Origin: Anaeromyxobacter sp.
GTDB taxonomy: Bacteria > Myxococcota > Myxococcia > Myxococcales > Anaeromyxobacteraceae
DNA: 64,000 nucleotides
NCBI GenBank assembly: GCA_049840735.1
Contig: JASGJN010000002.1
Span: 160,001 to 224,000 of the forward strand
Direction: 5' to 3'
The position numbers and the translations under genes were made by a program. A model generated the notes under the pieces. It ran no database searches. It saw nothing but the letters and a program-made list of their open reading frames with translations, and had not been told where the DNA came from. Numbering within the stretch: the stretch's first letter is position 1; every line of letters starts with the position of its first letter. Below, piece after piece: positions 1 to 11,086 of this stretch.

Positions 1-444
1 GTAGGTCTTGCCGGTGCCCGCCGGGCCGATGCCGAAGACGATGTCGTCGTCGCGGATGGCCTGGATGTAGCGCTTCTGCGCCAGCCCCTTGGGCGTGATG
101 ATGCGGTGGCGCGAGGAGACGAAGACGGTGTCGCCGAAGATCTCCTTGAGCGGCACGCCCTGGCTCGCCAGCTTGGTGGCCTGGTCGACGTCCTCCAGGT
201 AGAGCGGGTAGCCCTCGGCGATGAGGTCGTAGAGCTCCTTGACGAGCGCCTCGGCCACGCGCAGCCGCGCCTCCTCGGCGCACGAGATCACCACCTGGCT
301 GCCGCGCAGCCCGAGCTGCACGCCCAGCCGCTTCTCGATCAGCTTGAGGTGCTCGTTGTGCGCGCCGGACAGGGCGCGGACCTTGTCGTTGTCCGGGAAC
401 TCGAGGCGCGAGGTCTTGAGGGGTTCCGCCGTGCTCTGGGCCAA
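1..444 (-). CDS. phoH: PhoH-family ATPase (runs off window edge)
   Basis: Manual translation from TTG at 444 ends ...DDIVFGIGPAGTGKTY (PhoH Walker A region); GGGAG upstream. Confidence 0.9.
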   Translation of the reverse strand, partial: MAQSTAEPLKTSRLEFPDNDKVRALSGAHNEHLKLIEKRLGVQLGLRGSQVVISCAEEARLRVAEALVKELYDLIAEGYPLYLEDVDQATKLASQGVPLKEIFGDTVFVSSRHRIITPKGLAQKRYIQAIRDDDIVFGIGPAGTGKTY

Positions 445-628
445 GCCGTCTCCCTGGGTGACTGACGGGCCGGCCGCCGGGCCTGGGTCCCGTCCCCGGC
501 GCGGGCGCACCGGGGCGAGGACGACCATAACGGAGGAGCGGCCCGCGGGCACGCGCCGGTTTCGGCCCGGGGGGCCGCGGTGGGGGTGCGCCCCCGCCCT
601 GGCGCCCTGCCCTCCCGGGCCCTGCCCC

Positions 629-1756
629 TCAGCGCAGGGGCGGCAGGAGCACGAAGCGGCCGTCCGGCTGGCGCCGGTAGTGGTACTCGGAGACCCAGGG
701 GAAGCGGACGTCGTCCGGCGCAGAGATGCCGGCCTTCACCAGCGCGTCCAGCGTCTCCGGGTACTCGCCCCGCTCCACCCGGTAGATCTCCAGCGCGGTC
801 CGGAACCGCTCCACCCGGTGGCGCGCCAGGAGCCGCTCCGGGGCCAGGTCCTCGACCGCCACCTGCCCCCGCTCCACCGCCGCGCGGCGCTCGTCCAGCC
901 AGTAGGCGATGCCGGCCAGCGCGGCGGCGATCAGCACCGTGGCCACGGCTCGCAGCGCGCCCGTCCGCAGCCGCGCGCCCCAGTCCTGGGCGTAGACGCC
1001 CACCGCGTGGGCGCGCCCGGCGGGCGCGATGGCCTCCAGGTAGCCCAGGTTCACCAGCGTCGCGAGCGCCTTGCAGGCCTCGAACTCGCCCAGGCGCGAG
1101 AGGTCGACGATCTTCTCGGCGGTGCGCCCGGCGGTGGCCAGCTCGTGGACGCGCCGCTCGTTCCCCCCCAGCGTGGCCAGCTCCTCCTGGCCCTCGCCGC
1201 TCCCCGCGCCCTCCTCCAGCGACCGCTTCTGGACGAAGGTGGTGGCCAGCGAGGGGACGCGCTGGCGGACCATGGGCCACTCGTCCACCCGCCGGAACCC
1301 CTCCATCAGGACCGACTCGGCGCGGAGCGGGGTGACCGTCTCCTTGTCCCAGTCCACCGGCCCGGGCTCGAACTCGTAGGTGCCGCGCTTCCAGTGGAAG
1401 AGCCGGTAGACCGTCTCGGTCGTCTGCAGGGCGGTGATCTCGCGCAGGGCGTCCTGGGAGATGTACCGCATGCTCACCATCAGGTCGCCCAGCCGCCGCA
1501 GCGTGCGCCGCTGCAGCTCCAGCGCGTGGTCCAGCTCCTGCTCGGTGATCAGCTCGGCCCGGACCAGCATCTGCCCCAGCCGCTCGCTGGCGCGCCGGCC
1601 GGTGGCCTCGGCCCGCACCACCGAGCCCTCGGCGATGGCGATGTGGATCTTGTCCTCGCGCGACTCGAGGTGCAGCACGCCGCTCTTGGACTGCTGGGCG
1701 ATGAGCTGGAGGATCTCGGCGATCCCGAAGTCGCGGAGCGTTCCCTTGAGCGCCAC
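629..1756 (-). CDS. DUF4388 domain membrane protein with C-terminal GspG-like segment
   Basis: ALKGTLRDFGIAEILQLI...SGVL and LFHWKRGTYEF motifs; one TM; C-term ALEIYRVERGEYPETLDAL...FPW. Confidence 0.75.
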   Translation of the reverse strand: MALKGTLRDFGIAEILQLIAQQSKSGVLHLESREDKIHIAIAEGSVVRAEATGRRASERLGQMLVRAELITEQELDHALELQRRTLRRLGDLMVSMRYISQDALREITALQTTETVYRLFHWKRGTYEFEPGPVDWDKETVTPLRAESVLMEGFRRVDEWPMVRQRVPSLATTFVQKRSLEEGAGSGEGQEELATLGGNERRVHELATAGRTAEKIVDLSRLGEFEACKALATLVNLGYLEAIAPAGRAHAVGVYAQDWGARLRTGALRAVATVLIAAALAGIAYWLDERRAAVERGQVAVEDLAPERLLARHRVERFRTALEIYRVERGEYPETLDALVKAGISAPDDVRFPWVSEYHYRRQPDGRFVLLPPLR

Positions 1757-1758
1757 GA

Positions 1759-3927
1759 TCAGCCTCCCGTCCGGCGGAAGGCGCCGCGCGCCCCCACCGC
1801 CCAGAGGACCACCACCAGCGGCGCGCCCACCGCCCACTTGAGCGCCGCCACGGCCGGCCACGGCTCGGGCGCCGGCAGGAGCCCGCGCCCGGTGACGATC
1901 CGAATCACCCCGGCCAGCACGCCCGCGGTGAGGAGCGCGCCGCGGATGGGCGCCCCCGAGACCAGGTGGCCCAGCCCGCCGCCCAGCACCGCCAGCCCGC
2001 GGATGCCGCCGCGGGCCAGCGCAGCGCGGCGCCGCACCTGGAGCTCCTTGCGCTGCCGGTCGCTGGCGTCGACCACGCCCTTGCGCTCGAACACGTTCAC
2101 GCACTGGGCGCAGCGGACGGTGGCGCTCCGGTCGCAGCGCACGCAGGCGGCGCCGCGGCAGAGCGGGCAGGAGCGGGCCGGGGACAGCCGCTTCTCCGCC
2201 AGCAGCAGGGCCGCCAGCGCGGCGAAGAGGCTGGCGGCCGCCCAGCGCCAGAGCGGGCGCGGCAGCGGGCCGGCCAGCCGGGCCTGCAGCGCCGTCTCCA
2301 CCTCGACGGGGGCCGGGTCCTCCTCCGCCAGCGCCGCCAGCCGCGCCGGCGGCACCGGCACGTCCACCAGGTAGCGGTTGGCGGCGAAGTCGTCGTCCGA
2401 GCCGTGGGCGGCCAGGAAGTCGCCGGCCTCGGCGTCGGCCTTGTCCCGGGCGGCGCCGCGGCGGTCGAACTCGGTGGTGCGGACGTAGAGCTTGGACAGG
2501 TTGTAGTGGGCGGTGCCCAGCACCAGCAGGTCGCCCCCGGCCGCGTCCTGCGCCGCCAGGTAGGAGGCGCGGGCGCCCTCGATGTCGTCCTGCACGAAGC
2601 GGGCGTTGCCGATGTTCACCAGCAGGCCGGGCGTGTGGGGATCGGCGGCCAGGGCCTGGTTGTAGAGCGCCACGGCCCGGTCCAGGTCGCCGCGCCGCTT
2701 GTAGTGGCGACCCAGGGAGGCCAGCAGGACCGGCGACGCGCCGTCCCCGGCCTCGGCCAGCAGCGCGTCCGCCTGCTCGTCCGGGACCGCGCCGTTCTCG
2801 ACCTGGTAGATGTGGTCGGCCTGCGTGCCGGTCCAGACCACCTGGCGCGCGGAGAGCCCGGCCGCCCAGGGGAACGCCAGCAGCACGCCCAGCGAGGCGG
2901 CGGCCACCACCCGCTCCCGCGTGCCCAGGTAGAGCCACACCGCGACCGTGGGCACGGCCAGGGCCAGCAGCGGCCCCAGCCCGAGCGCGAGCGGCAGCCC
3001 GAGCAGCACCAGCCCGAGGAAGGTGGTCTGGACGCGGGCGCTGCCGCGCAGCACCGGCAGGTGGTGCAGGTCGTGGAGGAAGAGCCGCACGCGCAGCAGC
3101 ACCAGCGCCACCAGCGAGAGGACCGCGGCGGCGGCCAGCCCGCCCAGGAGCGCCGCCAGCGCGTCGCCCAGGAGCGCCCGCGAGGTGCGCGGCTCCCGCA
3201 GCGCGGCGCGGGCGGCGTCCACCAGCGCGCCCAGGCTGTCGCGCCAGGCGCCGCTGGCCCGGCGCGCGTGGGCCAGGGCCACGTACGCCTGCGGCAGGTC
3301 GGGGGCGAGCTGCACCGCCAGCTCGGCCCGGTGCAGCGCCTCCGCCGGGAGGTTGGCCTGCAGCGCGGCGTCCACGTCGCGCGCCTCGGCCGAGGCGAGC
3401 GCGAACAGGTTGCCGATGCCCAGCTCGCGCTGGGCGGAGAGGAGCGCGGCCTCGGCCGCGGAGGCGCGGCCCGGGTCGCCCTCCCGGAGCGCCGCGCGCC
3501 GGTCGGCCCAGGCGGCCATGAGCGCCTTCCAGCTGGTCTGGACAGGGACCACCTTTCGGGCCGGCGCCAGCGCCGCGGGCGCCTGCCCGGGCTCGGCGCT
3601 CCCAGCCTGGCCGGTCGGGCCAGCGGGGCCGGTGGGGGCGGCGGGGCCGGTGGGGGCGGTGGGGCCGGTGGCCGCCGAGGAAGGAGCCGCGGGGAGGGGC
3701 GCGGCGGGGCCGGAGCCGGCCGACGGGGCGCCGGCGGGCTGGGGCTGGGAGGCCGGGCGGCCGGGCTGCGCCGGCTCCGGCGGCAGCTCTGGCGGGGTGA
3801 GCGGGGTCTGGGGCTCCTCTGCCACCTCGTCGGCGTCGTCGACGAGCTTCGGCGCCTGCACCTGGGCGCGGGTCGGCGCCGGCGCGGCGAGCACCAGGAG
3901 GAGCGCAGCGAGGGCAGCCCGGGGCAT
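1759..3927 (-). CDS. TPR-repeat multi-pass membrane protein with Cys-rich C-terminal region
   Basis: Signal peptide, Pro-rich linker, TPR-like helices, several TMs, three CxxC motifs (CPLC, CVRC, CAQC). Confidence 0.7.
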   Translation of the reverse strand: MPRAALAALLLVLAAPAPTRAQVQAPKLVDDADEVAEEPQTPLTPPELPPEPAQPGRPASQPQPAGAPSAGSGPAAPLPAAPSSAATGPTAPTGPAAPTGPAGPTGQAGSAEPGQAPAALAPARKVVPVQTSWKALMAAWADRRAALREGDPGRASAAEAALLSAQRELGIGNLFALASAEARDVDAALQANLPAEALHRAELAVQLAPDLPQAYVALAHARRASGAWRDSLGALVDAARAALREPRTSRALLGDALAALLGGLAAAAVLSLVALVLLRVRLFLHDLHHLPVLRGSARVQTTFLGLVLLGLPLALGLGPLLALAVPTVAVWLYLGTRERVVAAASLGVLLAFPWAAGLSARQVVWTGTQADHIYQVENGAVPDEQADALLAEAGDGASPVLLASLGRHYKRRGDLDRAVALYNQALAADPHTPGLLVNIGNARFVQDDIEGARASYLAAQDAAGGDLLVLGTAHYNLSKLYVRTTEFDRRGAARDKADAEAGDFLAAHGSDDDFAANRYLVDVPVPPARLAALAEEDPAPVEVETALQARLAGPLPRPLWRWAAASLFAALAALLLAEKRLSPARSCPLCRGAACVRCDRSATVRCAQCVNVFERKGVVDASDRQRKELQVRRRAALARGGIRGLAVLGGGLGHLVSGAPIRGALLTAGVLAGVIRIVTGRGLLPAPEPWPAVAALKWAVGAPLVVVLWAVGARGAFRRTGG

Positions 3928-3979
3928 CACGAGAGAACTGGATGCTAGCACGCCCCGTCCCGGGCTAAGAAGAGCGGCC

Positions 3980-4801
3980 ATGTCCCGCGTCGCGAAAGCC
4001 GTCGAGAACCTGCTGGCCATCATGGAACGCCTGCGCGCCCCGGGGGGCTGCCCCTGGGACCGGGAGCAGACCCTGGCCTCCCTCCGCCCCTACGTCCTGG
4101 AGGAGACCTATGAGGTCCTGGAGGCCATCGACGGCGGGGACGTCCGCGAGCACCGGGAGGAGCTGGGGGACCTGCTCCTGCAGATCGTCTTCCAGGCGCA
4201 GCTGCGCAAGGAGGAGGGGCACTTCGACTTCGCCGACGTGGCGGACGCCATCTCCAGCAAGCTGGTCTCGCGCCACCCGCACGTCTTCGGGACCGCCGAG
4301 GTGAAGGACGCCGAGGGCGTCCTCAAGCAGTGGGCGGCGCTGAAGCGCGAGGAGAAGAGGGCCAGGGGCAAGGGGCACAGCGTGCTGGAGGGCGTGCCCC
4401 GGGCCATGCCGGCGCTGGCCCGGGCCGATCGCCTGACCGAGAAGGCCAGCCGCATCGGCTTCGACTGGCCGGACGCGGCCGGGGCGCGCGCCAAGGTGGC
4501 GGAGGAGCTGGCGGAGCTGGACGAGGCCATCGCGGCGGGCGATCGGGCGGCCATCGAGCACGAGCTGGGGGACGCGCTCTTCGCGCTGGCGAACCTGGGG
4601 CGCAAGCTCTCCCTGCCGCCCGAGGAGGCGCTGCGCGTGGCCGTGGAACGGTTCGTCTCACGGTTCGAGCACGTGGAGCGCCGGCTGGAGGCGCAGGGCG
4701 TGGGGCACGGCCAGGCCACGCTGGAGCAGATGGATGCGCTCTGGGACGAGGCCAAGGAACTCGAACGTCAAGCGAAAACCGCCCCTTCCCCAGCCGAGTA
4801 A
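3980..4801 (+). CDS. mazG: Nucleoside triphosphate pyrophosphohydrolase MazG
   Basis: LRAPGGCPWDREQT, EETYEV, EELGDLLLQ, RHPHVF; second MazG domain ELGDALF. Confidence 0.95.
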   Translation: MSRVAKAVENLLAIMERLRAPGGCPWDREQTLASLRPYVLEETYEVLEAIDGGDVREHREELGDLLLQIVFQAQLRKEEGHFDFADVADAISSKLVSRHPHVFGTAEVKDAEGVLKQWAALKREEKRARGKGHSVLEGVPRAMPALARADRLTEKASRIGFDWPDAAGARAKVAEELAELDEAIAAGDRAAIEHELGDALFALANLGRKLSLPPEEALRVAVERFVSRFEHVERRLEAQGVGHGQATLEQMDALWDEAKELERQAKTAPSPAE

Positions 4802-4827
4802 GGTCTCCACAGCCTTTGGGGAAAGAA

Positions 4828-5015
4828 CGTGGATAACTCGGGTGAGCGGGGGGAAGGCCGTCCCGAATTCACCTGCCCGACACCGGACGCCGCACCCCGC
4901 ACCCGCAGATACATTCCATAAATTCACTGGGTTGGACATATTTATCCCCAGACGTATCCACACGACGAAGGCAAGCCCCCGCGGGCCCGACCCGCACTGT
5001 CGGCGCGGTGGATAA
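4828..5015. promoter_or_regulatory. Cluster of four DnaA-box-like 9-mers around an AT-rich, IHF-like segment
   Basis: One-mismatch matches to TTATCCACA at 4828-4836(-), 4942-4950(+), 4954-4962(+), 5007-5015(-). Confidence 0.65.
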
Positions 5016-5201
5016 CTCCCGGTTCAGCGGCACCTTTCTCGCCCGGAAGCGCCTGCCTCCACGGGTTGCCGGCCCCTGGACCGCCCCCGTGAGCCAGCTT
5101 GCCGCAGGACCGGCGGCGAACCCGCCGGCGCTGCAGCGGGCCTGGGACGCACGCAGCGGACGGGCACCGGGCACCGCCTGGCGCCGGACCGGCTCAACCC
5201 C

Positions 5202-5230
5202 TTGACGGCGCTCGCGATGGGCGGTAAGTA
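5202..5230 (+). promoter_or_regulatory. sigma70-type promoter of rpsT
   Basis: TTGACG-N17-TAAGTA upstream of rpsT. Confidence 0.6.
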
Positions 5231-5263
5231 GCGCGCCCTCGTCCACCCGACGGAGACATTCCT

Positions 5264-5536
5264 TTGGCGAACACTGCATCGGCTGAGAAGCGCAATCGGC
5301 AGGCCCAGAAGCGCCGGGCCCGCAACGTCCAGGTCCGCAGCGGCGTGAAGAGCGCCGTGAAGAAGGTCCGCGAGGCGGTCGCCAAGGGCGACAACGCCGG
5401 CGCGGCCCAGGCGCTCAAGGCCGCCGAGAAGGCCATCGGCAAGGCCTCTTCGAAGGGCGTGGTCCACAAGAACGCCGCGTCGCGCAAGATCTCCCGCCTG
5501 GCGAAGGCCGTGGCGAAGACCAAGGCGAGCGCGTAA
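5264..5536 (+). CDS. rpsT: 30S ribosomal protein S20
   Basis: MANTASAEKRNRQ...KGVVHKNAASRKISRL; TTG start, GGAG RBS. Confidence 0.97.
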   Translation: MANTASAEKRNRQAQKRRARNVQVRSGVKSAVKKVREAVAKGDNAGAAQALKAAEKAIGKASSKGVVHKNAASRKISRLAKAVAKTKASA

Positions 5537-5541
5537 GCAGC

Positions 5542-5570
5542 AGGGGCGATCGCCCTCCGGCGACGCCCCT
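5542..5570. terminator. GC hairpin between convergent rpsT and lptE
   Basis: AGGGGCG(A)TCGCC-CTCC-GGCGACGCCCCT; no U-tract. Confidence 0.45.
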
Positions 5571-5604
5571 CCCGCTCACGAACCACCAGCTCCGGGCGGG
5601 CGCC

Positions 5605-6117
5605 TCAGGGCGCGCGCTGCGGGGCTGGTGCGTCTTGCGGCGCCTCCAGGGCGACCAGCAGCTCGTGGGCGACGTCGGTGGCCAGACGGCGCAGCAGCAT
5701 GGCCCGCCGCCCCTCCGCCTCCAGCGCGTCCGCGCCGGCCAGGTGCTCGGCCTCGCGCCGCACCGTGACCTCCTCCGGCCCGCGCCCGGCCACCTGCAGG
5801 CGGGCCCTCACCTCGACCGCCACCCGGAAGGTGGTGCTGTTGGGGGTGGAGGGCACCCCCTCCGACGCCCGGATGGTCCCCTCCAGCCGCGCCGGCGCCC
5901 CGGCCTCGCCCAGCGCGCCGCGCCGCGCCAGCTCCTCGCGCAGCGCGGCGGTGACGAGCGCGCCCAGCTCCGGGTCCACCGAGTCGTTCTCGAAGGCGCC
6001 GACCTGGACGCGGTCGGCCCCGCCCTTCGCGCGGTAGCCCTGCACCAGGTGATAGCCGCAGCCCTGCGCGAGCAGGGCCGCGGCCGCCAGCAGCGCGAGC
6101 GGGGCCAGGCGCGGCAC
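5605..6117 (-). CDS. lptE: LPS assembly lipoprotein LptE-like
   Basis: Lipobox LAQGCGY, FENDSVDPELG motif, canonical position after leuS. Confidence 0.75.
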   Translation of the reverse strand: MPRLAPLALLAAAALLAQGCGYHLVQGYRAKGGADRVQVGAFENDSVDPELGALVTAALREELARRGALGEAGAPARLEGTIRASEGVPSTPNSTTFRVAVEVRARLQVAGRGPEEVTVRREAEHLAGADALEAEGRRAMLLRRLATDVAHELLVALEAPQDAPAPQRAP

Positions 6118-6121
6118 CGCC

Positions 6122-8630
6122 CTACCCCACCACGAAGTTGATGAGCCGCTTCGGGACGAAGACCAGCTTCCGGACGTTCTTCCCGGCCAGGTAGCCGGCC
6201 ACCTTCTCGTCGGCCTCGGCCAGCGCGCGGACCTCGGCCTCGCCGGCCGTGACCGCCGCCTTGACCTCGCCGCGCAGCTTGCCGTTCACCTGGACCGCGA
6301 TGGTGACCGTGTCGGCCGCCACCAGCGCCGGGTCGAAGGTCGGCCAGGGGGCCTGGGCCAGCAGCCGGTCGCGGACCGGCGCCCCCAGCACCTCGTGCCA
6401 GAGCTCCTCGGCCGCGTGCGGCGCGAACGGCGAGAGGAGCGTGGCCAGGGCCACCAGCGCCTCGCGCACCGCCGCGCGCTCCGGCTCGGCCTGCGGGTCG
6501 AGGGCCTCGCGGGCGTAGAGCGCGTTGACCAGCTCCATCAGCGCCGCGATGGCGGTGTTGAACTTGAGCTCGCCCTCGATGCTCTGGGTGACCTTCTGGA
6601 TGGTGCGGTGGGTCTTGCGGCGCAGCTCCAGCCAGTCGCCCTGGGCCTGCGCCAGCGCGGCCTCGGGGGCGTCGAAGCAGGCCTGTCGGCCGTGGAAGAT
6701 GCGCCAGACGCGGGTCAGGAAGCGGAACAGGCCGTCGACCTGCTCGTCCGACCAGTCGATGTCCTTCTCCGGCGGCGAGGCGAAGAGGATGAAGAGGCGC
6801 AGCGTGTCGGCGCCGTAGCGGGCCACCTGGGTGCTGGGGGCCACGCCGTTGCCGTACCGCTTGCTCATCTTCTTGCCGTCGGCGCCGTTGACGATGCCCT
6901 GGGTGACCAGCCGCTTCGCCGGCTCGTCCTCCTGCACCAGCCCCAGCTCGCGCATGACCCGGTGCCAGAAGCGGAAGTAGAGCAGGTGCATCACCGCGTG
7001 CTCGGGGCCGCCCACGTAGACGTCCACCGGCAGCCAGCGCTTCGCCGCCTCCGGGTCGAACGGGCGCTGGTCGTCCCTGGGGGACAGGTAGCGCGCGTAG
7101 TACCAGGACGAGTCCACGAAGGTGTCCATGGTCTCCACCTCGCGCCGGGCCGGCTTGCCGCAGCGCGGGCAGGTGGTGTTCACGAACTCCGGGACCTTGG
7201 CCAGCGGCGGCTCGCCCGTGCCCGTGATGATGGCCTGGGGCGGGAGCGTGACCGGCAGGTCCTTCTCCGGGACCGGGACGATGCCGTGATCCGCGCAGTA
7301 GATGACGGGGATGGGCGTGCCCCAGTAGCGCTGGCGCGAGAAGCCCCAGTCGCGCAGGTGCCAGCGGACGGTGGGCTGGCCGTGACCGCGCTCCCTGGCC
7401 TGCGCGGACATCTTGCGGCGCGCCTCGGCGGAGGAGAGGCCGGAGAACGGGCCCGAGTCCTCCAGCACCCCGTCCTCGGTGATGGCGGCCTGGAGCCGGT
7501 CTCCCGGCGGCGTGCGCTCGCCGCCGACGGGCTGGATGACCGTCTGGATGGGCAGGCCGTACTTGCGCGCGAACTCGAAGTCCCGCTGGTCGTGGGCCGG
7601 GACGCTCATCACCGCGCCCGTGCCGTACTCGGCCAGCACGAAGTTGGCGATCCAGACCGGGACCGGCTGACCGGTGAACGGGTTCACCGCGGAGGCGCCG
7701 GTGAAGCAGCCCTCCTTCGGCGCGTCCTCGCCGGTGCGGGCCTCGGCGTCGGTCTTCCTCATCCGGGCCACGAAGGCCTCGACCTCGGCCCGCCGGTCGG
7801 CCGTGGTCACCTGCGCGACCAGCGGGTGCTCCGGCGCCAGCACCACGTAGGTGCAGCCGTAGATGGTGTCGACGCGGGTGGTGAAGACCTTGATGGCGCC
7901 GCGGGCGCCCTGGAGCGCGAAGTCGACCTCGGCGCCCTCGGACTTGCCGATCCAGTTGCGCTGCATGGTGGTGATGCGCTCGGGCCAGTCCTTGAGGCCG
8001 TCGAGCCCGTCCAGCAGCGACTGCGCGTAGCGGGTGATGCGGAAGGCCCACTCCGGGATGACCTTCTCCACCACCGGCGAGCTGCAGCGCTCGCAGCGGT
8101 TGTCGTCCACCACCTGCTCGTTGGCGATGACCGTGTTGCAGCCGGTGCACCAGTTGGCCTTGCCCTCGCGACGGTAGACGATGTCGCGCTCGAGCATCTT
8201 CAGGAAGAACCACTGGTTCCAGCGGTAGTAGGAGGGATTGCAGGTCGCGACCTCGCGCTCCCAGTCGAAGGCGAAGCCGAGCGTCTTCATCTCGGCGCGG
8301 AAGGAGACGATGTTCTCCGCGGTGCGCTCGGCGGGGTGGCGGCCGTCCTTGAGGGCGGCGTTCTCGGCCGGCAGGCCCAAGGCGTCGAAGCCGATGGGGG
8401 TGGAGGACGTCGTGACCGCGCATGCGCAGCCAGCGGGCCAGGGCGTCCCCGATGGTGTAGACGCGGGCGTGGCCCATGTGCATGGTGCCGGAGGGATAGG
8501 GGAACATCTCCAGCACGTAGCGGGGCTCGGCGTCGGGGCGGTTGCCGGCGCGGAAGGCGCCCGCCTGCTCCCACCGCTGCTGCCACTTCGGCTCGATTGA
8601 CTTGGGCTCGTAGCGCTCGTTCATCGACAT
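6122..8630 (-). CDS. leuS: Leucyl-tRNA synthetase (1-nt frameshift at G-run 8396-8400, probably sequencing error)
   Basis: MFPYPSG..HMGH, GLPAENAA, SRQRYWG, KMSKR; two ORFs join after removing one base. Confidence 0.96.
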
Positions 8631-8798
8631 ATGGGCCCGCGATGATAGCGGAGGGCCGGGGATTCGGCTGGGGTTTCGCTGCCCCCCGGAACCGGGGCGG
8701 GGGAGGCGCGCGCTGGCGCGCGTCGGGCTGGGACGGGGCCTGGTCCTTTGCTATGTTCCGCGCGCCCGGGGCACCGCCCCCGCCCGACCGGAGCCCAC

Positions 8799-10103
8799 AT
8801 GTTCCCGCCCGTCTACATCGCCGACATCGCGCAGCACGAGGGGAAGGAGATCACCCTCCACGGCTGGCTGTACAACCGCCGGTCCTCCGGGAAGCTCCAC
8901 TTCCTGCAGGTGCGCGACGGCACCGGCACCATCCAGTGCGTGGTGTTCAAGGGGAACGTGACCCCCGAGGTGTTCCACGAGGCGGACCACCTGCCGCAGG
9001 AGACCAGCCTGACCGTGACCGGCCTGGTCAAGAAGGACCCCCGCTCGCCCGTCGGGTTCGAGCTGGACGTCCGGAGCCTGGCCGTGGTGGCCCGGCCGGC
9101 GCGCGAGTACCCCATCGGCCACAAGGAGCACGGCGTCGCGTTCCTGATGGAGCAGCGGCACCTGTGGCTGCGGTCGCAGCGCCAGCAGGCCATCCTGCGG
9201 GTGCGCCACAGCGTGGAGAAGGCCATCCGCGACTTCTTCGACGGGCGCGGGTTCACGCTGGTGGACGCGCCCATCTTCACCCCCTCCGCGTGCGAGGGGA
9301 CGTCCACGCTGTTCGAGGTGCCGTACTTCGACCTCGGCAAGGCCTACCTGACCCAGTCCGGCCAGCTGTACATGGAGGCCGCGGCCATGGCGCTGGGGAA
9401 GGTGTACTGCTTCGGCCCCACGTTCCGCGCCGAGAAGTCGAAGACCCGGCGCCACCTGACCGAGTTCTGGATGGTGGAGCCCGAGGTCGCGTTCATGGAC
9501 CTGGCCGGCGACATGGAGCTGATGGAGCAGTTCGTGTCGCACGTGGTGCAGACCGTGCTCGCGAAGCACGAGACCGAGCTGAAGACCGTGCTGGAGCGGG
9601 ACGTCGAGAAGCTGAAGAGCGTCGTGCCGCCGTTCCCGCGCATCACCTACACCGAGGCCGTGGAGGTGCTGCAGAAGGCCGGGCACCCCATGAAGTGGGG
9701 CGACGACATCGGCGGGGACGAGGAGACCGTCATCGCCAACCAGTTCGACCGGCCGGTGATGGTGCACCGCTACCCCGCCGCGATGAAGGCGTTCTACTTC
9801 AAGAAGGATCCCGCCGATCCGAACGTGGCGCTCGGCTGCGACGTGCTCGCGCCCGAGGGGTACGGCGAGATCATCGGCGGCGGCGAGCGCGAGAGCGACC
9901 TCGCCACGCTCGAGGCGGCCGTCGCGCACCACCAGCTGCCCGCCGAGGCGTTCGAGTGGTACCTGGACGTGCGCCGCTATGGCAGCGTCCCCCACGCCGG
10001 CTTCGGCATGGGCGTGGAGCGCTGCGTCGCCTGGATTTGCGGCCTCCACCACGTCCGCGAGACCATCCCGTTCGCCCGGATGATGGAGCGGATCACGCCC
10101 TAG
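8799..10103 (+). CDS. asnS: Asparaginyl-tRNA synthetase
   Basis: OB-fold N-term, [46 protein letters not shown]. Confidence 0.95.
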   Translation: MFPPVYIADIAQHEGKEITLHGWLYNRRSSGKLHFLQVRDGTGTIQCVVFKGNVTPEVFHEADHLPQETSLTVTGLVKKDPRSPVGFELDVRSLAVVARPAREYPIGHKEHGVAFLMEQRHLWLRSQRQQAILRVRHSVEKAIRDFFDGRGFTLVDAPIFTPSACEGTSTLFEVPYFDLGKAYLTQSGQLYMEAAAMALGKVYCFGPTFRAEKSKTRRHLTEFWMVEPEVAFMDLAGDMELMEQFVSHVVQTVLAKHETELKTVLERDVEKLKSVVPPFPRITYTEAVEVLQKAGHPMKWGDDIGGDEETVIANQFDRPVMVHRYPAAMKAFYFKKDPADPNVALGCDVLAPEGYGEIIGGGERESDLATLEAAVAHHQLPAEAFEWYLDVRRYGSVPHAGFGMGVERCVAWICGLHHVRETIPFARMMERITP

Positions 10104-10366
10104 TGCAGCGCCGGTTGGTCCCGGTTGGTCCCGGAGACGACCCGCCTGCAATCGCTGGCCTTTTCCGGCGCCGTGCAGGCCGGGCGCCACGGATTCCAGC
10201 CTGAGCGTCGGGAACGGCACGCGACGCGGGCCGGTGGCCGTTGCTTGTCGCTGCTCCGTGCGATCGCGAGCGACCGGAGGCTCGATCCTACGGGTGCGCG
10301 GACACACGTCTCCCGTGCTCCGCCGCGAGCGCGGCGCGAGCCGGACGGCCCGGGAGCGCAGTGCGC

Positions 10367-11072
10367 TCAGCTCGGCGGGTTCTTCCGCTTCTTCTTCCGC
10401 TTCAGCGCCGCCCGGCGGCGCTTCGCCCACGCGTCCGTGCCGATGTACGTCGCCCGCACCAGGTCCTCGCGCCGTTCCTCGGCCTGCGCCTCCCGCCGCC
10501 GCTTCGCCTTCCCCTCCTGATCGGCGCACAGCGCCTGGTACTTCTTCCGGCGCGTCACGTCCGTCTTCCCCAGCGCCAGGTACTCCGGCAGGTCGTCGAT
10601 GAGCGGGTGCCGCTCGCCGTACGCGTAGTGCCGGTGGCTCGAGTACGCGTAGTCCTTGGCGCACCTCACCATGCCGGCCATCACCGGGTTGCGGTCCCCG
10701 TAGCCGGACACGAGCAGCGGCGCCTCGCCCCCCGTCTCCACCTGGCCCGAGTAGAGCCGCTCCATGGACCACCTGCCCGCAGCGCTCCGTCTGCTCGTTG
10801 TACCAGCGCGCGAACACGCTGTTCACGTCGCGCCAGAAGCCGCTGAACGCCGCCTGGCCGCGCGTGGCCTTGAGCTGCACGTGCACGTGCGTGGTCATGA
10901 TGCAGAAGGAGTGGATGAGGATGCCGTACTTGCCCTTGTACTTGGCCAGCAGCGACAGGTAGAGCTCCGGCGCCCCCGCCAGCTCGAAGATCCGCGAGTG
11001 GTTGTGGGCCTGCCAGGTGCAGTGATGCACCGTGCCCTCGCCCACCAGCCATCTTCTCGCGGTCCGCCCCAC
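10367..11072 (-). CDS. REP-associated tyrosine (Y1 HUH) transposase; 1-nt frameshift near 10766
   Basis: FCIMTTHVH (HUH), YGDRNPVMAG (catalytic Tyr + NP.xAG), YAYSS; GTG start MGRTARR. Confidence 0.85.
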
Positions 11073-11086
11073 GGCCAGGCGCAGAG

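Noticed and set aside
3610..3672. Short tandem repeats as CRISPR or VNTR
   Set aside because: In-frame repeats encoding a PTGPAA linker; no spacers, no cas genes
3980..4801. mazG as part of a toxin-antitoxin or antiphage system
   Set aside because: Housekeeping tandem-domain MazG in core context; no mazEF nearby
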